This document shows positions 13,684-22,536 of a stretch of DNA of 42,776 nt, in pieces. The notes beneath the pieces are model-generated. The model had not been told where the DNA came from, did no database searches, and saw nothing but the letters and a program-made list of their open reading frames with translations. Within the stretch, counting starts at the first letter, position 1, and each line of letters starts with the position of its first letter. The DNA comes from a virus. The translations under genes and the position numbers were made by a program. Location of the stretch: IMG/VR virus record IMGVR_UViG_3300005326_000027, positions 1-42,776 of that record; one strand, 5' to 3'.

Positions 13684-14079
13684 ATGAAGTACACCGTACT
13701 GCTCGCCCTTACTTGCTCTTTTCTTCTCCTTCCACTCCAAGCTAGGGCGGTAGACAGACAGACCATTGATTTTGTAATCGAAGCTCATGCGGAAAGAATC
13801 GGCATGGATGCTAACTTGGCTAAAAAAATAGCTTGGTGTGAATCGGGCTACCAAGAAAAAGTAGTATCTCGTACGGGTGACCGAGGAATTTACCAGCTAA
13901 ATGGAGTCCACGACAGGGAGCTAAAAAAGTTAGACCTCGATCCATTTAATTTTCAGGAAAACATAGAATTTGCTTTTATCCTCATGGAAAGGAATGGTGT
14001 GAGAGATTGGTATTCCAGTCGGCATTGCTGGTCAAAGACCGCATACAAACCTAAAAAAGTAGCACGAAAACTCTTGTAA
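13684..14079 (+). CDS. Secreted lysozyme-fold / lytic transglycosylase-like protein
   Basis: Signal-like N-terminus MKYTVLLALTCSFLLLPLQARA. Motifs WCESGYQ...DRGIYQLNG...W. Confidence 0.55.
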   Translation: MKYTVLLALTCSFLLLPLQARAVDRQTIDFVIEAHAERIGMDANLAKKIAWCESGYQEKVVSRTGDRGIYQLNGVHDRELKKLDLDPFNFQENIEFAFILMERNGVRDWYSSRHCWSKTAYKPKKVARKLL

Positions 14080-14153
14080 TCCTCACCACACTCTTCATTC
14101 TCATAACCCTAGTACGTCTCATAACAACCCTATTTCCACAGAACGGTAAGTAG

Positions 14154-14162
14154 TGGTACTAT
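14154..14162 (+). promoter_or_regulatory. Extended -10 (TGgTACTAT) 6 nt upstream of ATG 14169 (leaderless)
   Basis: Read directly. Confidence 0.45.
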
Positions 14163-14168
14163 AAAAAC

Positions 14169-14432
14169 ATGCCTACACTGTATGCAAAGTATTTTAGTAA
14201 GAGAAAAGAGTTAGAGAAAACGATTATAGAGCTAACGGGTGACTCGCCAGAGATAAAAGTAGACCACACCATTTCAGGTACAGACGAAGAACTTTCAAAA
14301 CTCCAACTTTCAGCAAAAACAAAAGTATTCGGATGGACTTGTGTGGGCGCCATAGAAAAAGAAAAACCACCAGTTTCTACCGTAAACCGTGGTGAACAAT
14401 ACAAGTTTGGTATTAACAAAAGACCTTTATAA
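14169..14432 (+). CDS. Hypothetical protein upstream of the chaperonin
   Basis: 87-aa ORF with no GroES-like motifs. Confidence 0.5.
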   Translation: MPTLYAKYFSKRKELEKTIIELTGDSPEIKVDHTISGTDEELSKLQLSAKTKVFGWTCVGAIEKEKPPVSTVNRGEQYKFGINKRPL

Positions 14433-14435
14433 AAT

Positions 14436-16163
14436 ATGGAAAAAAGCACACTTCCTTTAACGGGTTCACAAGCACAAGAAAAGATACTCGCAGGGATAAC
14501 GAAGGTATTTAACGTAATTGCCCCAACTCTCGGCCCAGCAGGGCGTTCTGTGCTTGTTCCTAGAACGTTCAACCGTGGGCCTCGTGTGGCCGATGACGGC
14601 TATCTGGCAGCAGAGAACGTACTCCTCAAAGACCCTCACGAAAAGCTCGCAGCGGAAACATACAAAGAGGGTATTAAGAAAACCAACCTCATGGGAGGTG
14701 ACGGTACAACTGGTACGGGTGTGCTTTCATACAACGCCTACCTAAAGGCAACCAAACTTCTTCCCCAGGAATCAGTGGGTGGTGTGCCTCTTCTTCTTGC
14801 TCCAGGAAAAAAGGCTCCCGAAAAGAAATCAGTGCGCCAGATACGAAAAGAGATGCACGATGCAAAAGACCTTGTGCTTGCCGAGATTAAGAAATCAGCA
14901 AAGCAGATCAAAACACTCCAAGACCTTGAAAAAGTAGCCCTAGTATCTCTTGGAAAGGAAGACGAAGTAATTGCAAAACTTGTTGCAAAAATGGTGTGGG
15001 AAGTAGCCCGAGACGCAGCAGGAAACTTCGTAGACAACCACATTGACGTGGTAGAGGGCTATAAGGGCGAAGTGGAGACCGAAGTGACCCAAGGTATGCG
15101 TATCCCAGCCAAAGTATCGGCCAACGCCTTTATCAACCGCCTAGACCGTCACGAAATGGTGGCAGAAGACACGCCTGTATTCATCACGAACCACAAGCTC
15201 GACAGCGTGATGCTCGCGAAGGCACTCATCGAAGCACTCCGCACAGCCAAGCTCTCTATCTTCGCCCCTGACTTCTCTTCCGATGTTCTTAAATACATGG
15301 TGTCGCTTTGCCAGAATAACGGCTTTACTCTCTATCCCATTAAAAGCCCCTCACTCCGCACGGTACAGCTCGAAGACCTAGCTATTTACACAGGTGCAAA
15401 GGTACTCGACAAAGAAACGTCGGCAAAACTTGAGAACGCAACGCCTGACATGCTCGGCTTTGCTACTAAAATTATCGTGAAGTCGGTAGAGAATAGGGAA
15501 GATGCTGTAGTTCTTGGTGGACAAGGCGCAAAGACAAAGCGTGGAAAGGATGACCTTATCTCCGAGCGCATCAAAACTCTTAAAGGCCAGATGAAAGAAA
15601 CGCGCACTGATATGGAACGAATGTCCCTCGAAAAACGCATAGCGAATCTTAATGCCTCAACAGGCGTAGTGCGTGTAGCCTCCTCAACCGAAGGTGACGG
15701 GCTCTTCCTCAAACTCAAGATTGAAGATGCTGTCTACGCTTGCAAAGGCGCACTCGAAGAAGGTTATGTGAAAGGTGGTGGACTAGCCTTAAAGGAAATT
15801 GCCGAAAAACTACCCGAAAACATCCTCACAGAAGCTCTTAAATCTCCCTACAACCAGATTCAGAAAAATGCAGGTGGTTCACTCGAAATCGGCAAAGACA
15901 TCTTCGACCCAGCAAAGGTAGTACGCATGATTGTAGAACACGGTGTAACGGTAGCCGCATCACTCATTACTATCCACGCTGTAATCCCAGAAGCACCAGA
16001 AAAGACAGAGGCAGAAGGCATGGAGATGGTAGCAAAAGCACTTTCAAAGATTGCCTACTACAACGCAAAGCACCAAGGAATGCTCAAGGAGAACGAAGAC
16101 GAAGCAGAATCTGACCGCCAAAAAGAATTTGACCGTGTGATGTTTGAGGACAGGCAAGGATAA
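14436..16163 (+). CDS. GroEL/Cpn60-like chaperonin
   Basis: 575 aa. Motifs: GPAGRSVL, ADDGYLAAENV, GGDGTTGTGVLS (the GDGTT nucleotide-binding motif) and a late GGGLAL. The C-terminus is acidic rather than a GGM repeat. Confidence 0.8.
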   Translation: MEKSTLPLTGSQAQEKILAGITKVFNVIAPTLGPAGRSVLVPRTFNRGPRVADDGYLAAENVLLKDPHEKLAAETYKEGIKKTNLMGGDGTTGTGVLSYNAYLKATKLLPQESVGGVPLLLAPGKKAPEKKSVRQIRKEMHDAKDLVLAEIKKSAKQIKTLQDLEKVALVSLGKEDEVIAKLVAKMVWEVARDAAGNFVDNHIDVVEGYKGEVETEVTQGMRIPAKVSANAFINRLDRHEMVAEDTPVFITNHKLDSVMLAKALIEALRTAKLSIFAPDFSSDVLKYMVSLCQNNGFTLYPIKSPSLRTVQLEDLAIYTGAKVLDKETSAKLENATPDMLGFATKIIVKSVENREDAVVLGGQGAKTKRGKDDLISERIKTLKGQMKETRTDMERMSLEKRIANLNASTGVVRVASSTEGDGLFLKLKIEDAVYACKGALEEGYVKGGGLALKEIAEKLPENILTEALKSPYNQIQKNAGGSLEIGKDIFDPAKVVRMIVEHGVTVAASLITIHAVIPEAPEKTEAEGMEMVAKALSKIAYYNAKHQGMLKENEDEAESDRQKEFDRVMFEDRQG

Positions 16164-16363
16164 TGTTCACAAAACTTCGTAACCTCTGCCGCCGAATAAC
16201 CGAACAATGCGAACTGTGCCGTGGGCAGTTGAGAAAAAAGGGCGATAAATATCACGGTTCTATTATGGTAAACGATGATATAGGCGGTAACAGAAAACGA
16301 ACAGCTTATGTATGCAATCTGTGCTACACGATACACAGTAAACGTGGTATAATTACGAAATAA
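16163..16363 (+). CDS. Zinc-ribbon miniprotein
   Basis: CELC...CNLC. ATGA-type overlap with the chaperonin stop. Confidence 0.5.
   Translation: MFTKLRNLCRRITEQCELCRGQLRKKGDKYHGSIMVNDDIGGNRKRTAYVCNLCYTIHSKRGIITK
16345..16353 (+). promoter_or_regulatory. Extended -10 promoter (CGTGGTATAAT family)
   Basis: Read directly. It lies about 27 nt upstream of ATG 16380. Confidence 0.5.
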
Positions 16364-16379
16364 TTAACCACTAACATCT

Positions 16380-16499
16380 ATGCCAGAAGGAGGAGGTGAA
16401 GGAGGCGGACGTTCAGGTGCCACACGTATGATGATTATGAAAATGCAGAAATCAAAGAAGAAGGGAGGCGCAAAGAAAACTAAGAAGAAGGGATACTAA
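16380..16499 (+). CDS. Possible 39-aa Gly/Lys-rich basic miniprotein
   Basis: Hand translation: MPEGGGEGGGRSGATRMMIMKMQKSKKKGGAKKTKKKGY*. Confidence 0.3.
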   Translation: MPEGGGEGGGRSGATRMMIMKMQKSKKKGGAKKTKKKGY

Positions 16500-16518
16500 A
16501 TTAGGTTTTTTAGGTTTT

Positions 16519-16962
16519 ATGGCAGGAAAAGCATCAAAAGAAAACGGAAAGCTTGGTGGAAGACCGAATGGCAGGAAGAATGACATAACACTAGAAAAGG
16601 AAGCGCAGTTAGAATACTTCAGACAGCGAGTCTTTGCCGCACGGGAGCCACTCATCAATGCGCAACTATCACTGGCGCAGGGACTTTCGTTTTTGTATAA
16701 AATAAAGAAAGACACAGGGAAGGGAAAAGAGCAAAAGAGGCGCGCAGAACTTGTTACTTCGCAATATGCGATAGAGGCGTATCTTTCTGGTGAGTATGAC
16801 GACAATAAAGATGACTATTACTACATCACGACAGAGAGGCCAGACAACGGGGCACTACAAGGCGTATTTGACCGAGCACTTGGAAAAGCACCACAATCTC
16901 TAGCATTGCCAGGTGAGGGTGAGGGAGAAATAACTATAAAATGGGGAAGCAAACCGTTATAG
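16519..16962 (+). CDS. Putative terminase small subunit
   Basis: Position immediately upstream of, and overlapping, terL. N-terminal GKLGGRPNGRK DNA-binding-like motif. Confidence 0.5.
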   Translation: MAGKASKENGKLGGRPNGRKNDITLEKEAQLEYFRQRVFAAREPLINAQLSLAQGLSFLYKIKKDTGKGKEQKRRAELVTSQYAIEAYLSGEYDDNKDDYYYITTERPDNGALQGVFDRALGKAPQSLALPGEGEGEITIKWGSKPL

Positions 16963-18242
16963 AAATTCCCTATTTCCCGAGAACCTGGGCAATAGATTTC
17001 CACGACGCACCACAGCGTTGGAAGATTTTAGTACTCCACCGAAGAGCAGGTAAAACTACCGCAGCGATCAATCATCTTCAAAGAGATGCTCTTACCGTTT
17101 CAGGCTCAAGATACGCCTACATTTCTCCGACGTATAAACAGTCAAAGAACATCGCCTGGGACATTGTAAAAGAATACTCTCGCTGTGTACCTGGAGTGAT
17201 CTACAACGAATCAGAACTAACCGTTCGCTATCCCAACGGTTCACGCATAACACTCTACGGTGCAGATAACCCTGACTCACTTCGAGGTATTGGACTGTGG
17301 GGTGTGGTGTTCGATGAATACTCACAGCAACCTGGCAACATTTTTACTGAAATCATACGACCCGCACTCGCAGATCACGCAGGCTACGCTATTTGGATTG
17401 GTACACCTAAAGGCAAGAATGAGTTTTATAAGCTGTACATGGGTTTTGATACTAGAGGTGAGATACGCGAAGACATAGCAGAGTGGTATCGAGTCTTACT
17501 TACGGCTGATGACACGAAGATAATTACACCCGAGGAGCTTAAAAGTGCGCGATCTAACATGAGCGAAGACGAATACCTCCAAGAGTGGTTCTGTTCATTC
17601 GACGCTGCTATCAAGGGTGCTTATTACGCACAAGAACTACAAAAGATGCGTGAGGAAGGACGCGTTAGGCTCATACCACATGACAAAGCCCTCAAAGTAC
17701 ACACCGTATGGGACTTGGGTGTAGGAGAGAACCTTGTGTGTGGAATGTGGCAGAAGTCTGGCAAAGAGATAAAGCTCATAGATACATGGCGTGGAACCCG
17801 TGACGAGGGTGTGCTTGACGCACTTGCTGAAATCTCAAAGAAACCATATATCTTTGGCAAAAACTTCTTCCCTCACGATGTAGAGGGCAGGGAAGAGACA
17901 ACGGGCAAGAGTAGAAGAGAAGCAATCGAAGCACTGAACTACGATGTAACGGTTGTGCCAGAGATCGGAGTAGCAAACGGTATTGAAGCTACTAAAAAGG
18001 TTTTCTCACACTTCTGGTTCGATGAACGGCAAAAAGACTTCCTTGAAATAATCCCACAATACAAACGTAAGTGGAATGAATCAAAGGGAATGTTCGAGGA
18101 CACGCCAAGCCATGACTTCGCATCTCACTGGGCCGATATGCTTCGGTATACCTCCGTTGTTGAGGAACAGATGACAAATGAATCTCAAAAGACAATGACT
18201 GTTATGAAGCCACAATGGAAAGGATTTAATAGACGAGGTTGA
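16941..18242 (+). CDS. terL: Terminase large subunit
   Basis: Walker A LHRRAGKTTA, Walker B GVVFDEYS, and nuclease-region motif HTVWDLGVGEN. Confidence 0.85.
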   Translation: MGKQTVIEIPYFPRTWAIDFHDAPQRWKILVLHRRAGKTTAAINHLQRDALTVSGSRYAYISPTYKQSKNIAWDIVKEYSRCVPGVIYNESELTVRYPNGSRITLYGADNPDSLRGIGLWGVVFDEYSQQPGNIFTEIIRPALADHAGYAIWIGTPKGKNEFYKLYMGFDTRGEIREDIAEWYRVLLTADDTKIITPEELKSARSNMSEDEYLQEWFCSFDAAIKGAYYAQELQKMREEGRVRLIPHDKALKVHTVWDLGVGENLVCGMWQKSGKEIKLIDTWRGTRDEGVLDALAEISKKPYIFGKNFFPHDVEGREETTGKSRREAIEALNYDVTVVPEIGVANGIEATKKVFSHFWFDERQKDFLEIIPQYKRKWNESKGMFEDTPSHDFASHWADMLRYTSVVEEQMTNESQKTMTVMKPQWKGFNRRG

Positions 18243-18245
18243 GTG

Positions 18246-18254
18246 TGGTATAAT
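18246..18254 (+). promoter_or_regulatory. Extended -10 promoter GTGTGGTATAAT, 7 nt upstream of ATG 18262 (leaderless)
   Basis: Read directly. Confidence 0.6.
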
Positions 18255-18261
18255 TATAGAA

Positions 18262-20220
18262 ATGATTAGCAATCCATACGCAGAAAAAAGTGCTTCTGCA
18301 TACGCACCCTCAAAGGAAATTTCAGCGTTTACTGACATTGTAAAACGTGACTACGGAACAGGTGACGAAATCCTCCACCGTTCATGGACGGAGTTAAACA
18401 ACCGCTCAGTTATTGACGATATGAACCGTGGACAGCGCATGGCCAATGCGTTTGTTGACGAATCAGTAGAAAGCCCAGAAGAAGCATGGAAGTGGCGTGG
18501 TACACGTTCTATGGCTCGCAACAAAGGTATGGCTATGCACGCACAGCTCACAGCCTCCTTCCTTATCCCTGGATTCACCGCACAGAACGATGCAGACGAG
18601 GTAGACCGTGATTTTTCAGAAACGATGCGTGAAGTTATCGAGTGGCTCGCTCTTCCTCAGAACTCTGACTATCAAAGCTCATTCCTTTCCCTTGTGTTCG
18701 GCATGATCGAGTCTCCAGTTACCTACATGGGAGCTGAATGGTACGAGGTATACCAAAAGATCAAGGAGAAAACAGAAAACGGCTACGTCACCAAAGAAAT
18801 CCTCGACGAGGTTCTCTCTGGCTTCAAAGCTCCTGTCTATTCAGCAGATCAGGTTCTTATCTCAAACGCTTTTGAAAGAAACATACAAAAGCACCGTTTC
18901 AATATCCCACGAAAGTACATTGAGTACGGCGAGGCGGAAGCAAAATACGGTGACCATGAGAATTGGGCCTACGTTCAGCCTGGCATCAAGTCTATCTACT
19001 CGGATGACAACGGACTCTTTTACGATATTAAAGACGATGACCACCCATCATTGGTTGAGGAGGTAACGTACAAAAACCGCCGTGATGATACCGAGGTTTG
19101 TTTCCTCAATGGTATCTACATGGGCAACGAAGACGTAGAGGCAAACCCTATTCTTCACAGGGATAACCGAAATGCACCGAAATACAACGTAGTTCCGTTC
19201 GTCTACAACCGCATCGGCTCTCACTTCTTCTACGGTAAATCTATGATGAACGTAGTGGGCTGGGACAACATGCTCTACGACGCCATGTCAGAGATGACCA
19301 TGAATGGTGCCTTTCTTGAACTCGAACAGCCTGTAGCCATCTCCGGTGAGGAAAACGTAGATTCGGGTATCAACTTCCCTGGTGCTGTTATCGCCTTCAA
19401 GAATAAGGACGCAAAGGCTTCTGCTATCTTCCCACCTAAGAACTTTAGTGCAGCATTTAATGCGATCACAGCTACTAAAGACTCGATTGATGATGCAACG
19501 CTCTCAGATACCAGCTCAGGCCAGCTCCCACAGGCTTCTCAAAAGGCGTATAACGTCGCACAAGCCTCGGCAAACGCTAAAAAGATACTCCAAGGCACTG
19601 CACAGGCTCTATCTGAATCAATCATCCAATTTGGCCCTCTCATGGCTGATATTGTCATTAACCACATCACAGCTCCACAGGTAGACGAGATCACTGCAGG
19701 CGGTACTAGAACTAAATACCGAAAACTCACCCTCGAAGACCAGATTGTGGACGGCAAGAAAGTGTCAAAAGAGATTCGTTTCGATGAGAAATTGGTCGGA
19801 AAGTACATGAGTGAGGAGGATAAGAAGTATGCAAACCTCAAACTGTTAGAGGAAAGCGGTTATCCCGACTCAAAAAAGAGTATCCGCCGTGTAAACCCAC
19901 ACCTCTTTTCAAAGTATAAGTACTTGGGCCGTTTTGATGTAGAAGAGATGTTCCAGAAGAACCAGGAAACCATGCAAGCCTTGCTTACTAACCTCTACAC
20001 GGTTGTTGCACAAGACCCTGTGGTAAATCATGAAGCTCTCACACGCAAGCTCATGCACTCATATTTCCGTGGTGATGCAGACGAACTCATACAGAAAACA
20101 CCAGAGGCTATCCCTGGTATGCCACAGGCTATGGGAGCAACACCGCCACAGAGCGTACTCGGTGCTCAAGTTCAACAGAAACAGATTAGTACATCCGTAA
20201 ATAGTGCAAACGTGGTATAA
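18262..20220 (+). CDS. Portal protein (by position and size)
   Basis: 652 aa, immediately after terL. Confidence 0.65.
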   Translation: MISNPYAEKSASAYAPSKEISAFTDIVKRDYGTGDEILHRSWTELNNRSVIDDMNRGQRMANAFVDESVESPEEAWKWRGTRSMARNKGMAMHAQLTASFLIPGFTAQNDADEVDRDFSETMREVIEWLALPQNSDYQSSFLSLVFGMIESPVTYMGAEWYEVYQKIKEKTENGYVTKEILDEVLSGFKAPVYSADQVLISNAFERNIQKHRFNIPRKYIEYGEAEAKYGDHENWAYVQPGIKSIYSDDNGLFYDIKDDDHPSLVEEVTYKNRRDDTEVCFLNGIYMGNEDVEANPILHRDNRNAPKYNVVPFVYNRIGSHFFYGKSMMNVVGWDNMLYDAMSEMTMNGAFLELEQPVAISGEENVDSGINFPGAVIAFKNKDAKASAIFPPKNFSAAFNAITATKDSIDDATLSDTSSGQLPQASQKAYNVAQASANAKKILQGTAQALSESIIQFGPLMADIVINHITAPQVDEITAGGTRTKYRKLTLEDQIVDGKKVSKEIRFDEKLVGKYMSEEDKKYANLKLLEESGYPDSKKSIRRVNPHLFSKYKYLGRFDVEEMFQKNQETMQALLTNLYTVVAQDPVVNHEALTRKLMHSYFRGDADELIQKTPEAIPGMPQAMGATPPQSVLGAQVQQKQISTSVNSANVV

Positions 20221-20221
20221 T
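20213..20221 (+). promoter_or_regulatory. Extended -10 promoter CGTGGTATAAT overlapping the portal stop
   Basis: Read directly. Confidence 0.5.
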
Positions 20222-20243
20222 ATAGCAGTTAAATAATACAATT

Positions 20244-20645
20244 ATGGAAAATTTGAAAGTAGCAGGATTCACACTCGTAAACGCAGATAAGGTACAGCGT
20301 GCATTAGAGGGTCAACCAACGCCATCAGGTGAAAACAAAGGTGGTATTGCACGTCCAGACGGTTCATACGACGATATGGAACTCTTGGCAGAGTATGACC
20401 GCATGGGTGGACTCATTAAAAAAGGTACTGATAACCTCAAAGTAGGTTCTTTCTGGGATTTCAAAGCTAAGAAGCCTCACGCAGAGCCAAAGGTTGTGTT
20501 CTTGTACCGTGTAAACGGGCAGTTGATCGAGGTTCCCGATGGTTCGGAACTCCCTGGTCTCGTGAAAGCATCACGCATCTTGGCAGAAGCAAATGCCGAA
20601 GCCCAGGAAGAGGCACCTAAGAAGCGTAAATCACGAAAAGCCTAA
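20244..20645 (+). CDS. Hypothetical head-module protein
   Basis: 133-aa ORF. Confidence 0.6.
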   Translation: MENLKVAGFTLVNADKVQRALEGQPTPSGENKGGIARPDGSYDDMELLAEYDRMGGLIKKGTDNLKVGSFWDFKAKKPHAEPKVVFLYRVNGQLIEVPDGSELPGLVKASRILAEANAEAQEEAPKKRKSRKA

Positions 20646-20983
20646 TGCAATCAGAGCAAGAAATACTCCAAAGAAGACTTGCTCAATTCCTTGTAGGGGA
20701 TGTATTTAAAACCATCTCCTCGGACGATGTTCTTTCTCTCAAAGACGGTGTGTGGACTCACAAAGGTCTACCACTTTCACAAGGGCAGACGACTATCCTC
20801 AAAAGAGAAGCTGGTACTCTTGTAAAAACGTCACTCTACCCTGTTCTCCTGTCAGAGCTTAGATACCATGCACGCCTTGGCCTAGAAAAGGCTGAAACAG
20901 AGGCGGACATTATCTCTTCCAAGCTCCTTGCCTACTTTGTAGACGTAATAGAAAGCAAAGTGAAGAAGATCGCTGACATTTAA
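20645..20983 (+). CDS. Hypothetical head-module protein
   Basis: 112-aa ORF with a TAATG overlap. Confidence 0.6.
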   Translation: MQSEQEILQRRLAQFLVGDVFKTISSDDVLSLKDGVWTHKGLPLSQGQTTILKREAGTLVKTSLYPVLLSELRYHARLGLEKAETEADIISSKLLAYFVDVIESKVKKIADI

Positions 20984-21118
20984 TTACGAGCTGGTGGTTC
21001 GGAATAGGGCATAACGTGCCTTGCTCCGAGCCACAAGCTCCGTCCTGGCGTATCCAGATGCCCCGTCGAAAGGGCTTTATAAAAAAACTTCTACACGGAA
21101 GCAAAACGTGATGGACAA

Positions 21119-21850
21119 ATGCCTGATGAAAACATCAACAACGACTCGACCGAAGTCACAGAATCGGAAGCTATCGAAACCGAAAGCGAAGAGGAAACTC
21201 CCAGCGAAGAAGGTGCAGAAAGCGAAAGTTCTTCGACAAAAACCGACTATAAAGCACTCTACGAAGCAGAAGCGGAACGTGCCGAAAAAGCACGCAAAGC
21301 GGCTGCCCGTGAAGCCTTCAAAAACCGTGAAGCGAAGCGTGAAGAGCCAGAAGCCTTTGAAGATGAAGAGGACAAACCTCTCACCAAAAAAGACCTCCAA
21401 GCTCTCCTCCTTCGCGAGCGTCAAGAAACAGAGCGTAGGCTCCAAGCCTCTCAAATTCGGGAGGTGGTAAGTACCCTCGCAGAAACAGAAGACGAGGCAC
21501 GCTATATCACTGAGATTCACAAGAACCGCACATGGCCCGAAAGCCTTTCCCTAACGGAACAGCTCGAAGAAGCCCATGCGATTGCGAATCGTAAGCGATT
21601 GGTTGCTAAAAACACGGAGCTAGGACGTGCCCTTAGAGGTAAGGATGGTGCTCTTAAAACAGTAGTATCCACTCAACGTGACGGAGTAGAATCACCTACG
21701 CCAAAGATTGCATCAGAAATGAGTGCATCTCTCAAGCGTGCAGGATTCACCTACGATACGAAGAGTAAATTGTGGACAAAGAAACTCCCTACGGGAATGA
21801 TTGTCTACAAGAACCTCAAGACGGGCCAGATCCAGCCTTTGAAGAAGTAA
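21119..21850 (+). CDS. Putative scaffolding protein
   Basis: Acidic, Glu/Ala/Lys-rich, helix-prone 243-aa protein located between the portal and capsid genes. Confidence 0.55.
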   Translation: MPDENINNDSTEVTESEAIETESEEETPSEEGAESESSSTKTDYKALYEAEAERAEKARKAAAREAFKNREAKREEPEAFEDEEDKPLTKKDLQALLLRERQETERRLQASQIREVVSTLAETEDEARYITEIHKNRTWPESLSLTEQLEEAHAIANRKRLVAKNTELGRALRGKDGALKTVVSTQRDGVESPTPKIASEMSASLKRAGFTYDTKSKLWTKKLPTGMIVYKNLKTGQIQPLKK

Positions 21851-21967
21851 CTAGAGTAGTTTTTATACGTTCGGGTTACTACGCTTATTAGCAACGCTCC
21901 TCGAAGGAGCTTCGTAACCAAACCGAGAAGGCCAACATAATAGTTGGTGTAATTCTCGTATCAATTT

Positions 21968-22495
21968 ATGGCAAAAGCAGACTTACAAGTAATTGGCCCA
22001 AACGCAGCATTTGGTCGTTACCTCGTTGCTGGTGGAACAGCTATCCAGGCAGGTGAACCTCTTCACGGACTTGCAACGCTTTCCAGTGGTATCTCTTCCG
22101 ACAACACTATGGTATTGGCGGCAGCGGACACTCCAGTTATCGGAACGCATCGCTTTGGTGGAATCGCCCTCGCACCATCAAAGAACGTAGCGGCAGGAAC
22201 GGTAGCAGAGCAGTTCCTCAACACGGCAAACCCAGTTCCTTACGTTGGTCGTATTCGTGGAAAGGCGGAGACGGCGGCATCGGTAGACACACTCACCGAG
22301 CTTGCCCTTCTCATTCAGGACGTAGTTCTTATTGACTACGCAGCAACAGGTGCAGCAGACGGCGGACAGCTCTACACCATTAAGGAAGTAGGTTCCGCAG
22401 ATACTTCAGGTCTTGAAATCGTAGGTGGAAACATCGCTCTTTCAACGCTTGATGTGACCGTTGCTGCCCAGGCTTATCGTCACGACGTATCTTAA
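21968..22495 (+). CDS. Putative head decoration or capsid-associated protein
   Basis: Ala/Gly-rich 175-aa ORF directly upstream of the capsid gene. Called by position only. Confidence 0.35.
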   Translation: MAKADLQVIGPNAAFGRYLVAGGTAIQAGEPLHGLATLSSGISSDNTMVLAAADTPVIGTHRFGGIALAPSKNVAAGTVAEQFLNTANPVPYVGRIRGKAETAASVDTLTELALLIQDVVLIDYAATGAADGGQLYTIKEVGSADTSGLEIVGGNIALSTLDVTVAAQAYRHDVS

Positions 22496-22536
22496 TAGTG
22501 CTTAGTGCGTAATTAACAACTAATTCATTAACAAAA

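Noticed and set aside
14169-14432. 87-aa ORF upstream of the chaperonin as a GroES-like co-chaperonin.
   Set aside because: It has no similarity to the GroES beta-barrel or mobile-loop pattern that I can recognise. It was kept as hypothetical.
21021-21520. Lys-rich 149-aa ORF (21021..21470, plus strand) and 147-aa antisense ORF overlapping the scaffold gene.
   Set aside because: The purine-rich GAA/GCA/AAG codon runs of the acidic scaffold gene leave the alternative frames open. Neither ORF has an independent promoter or start context.
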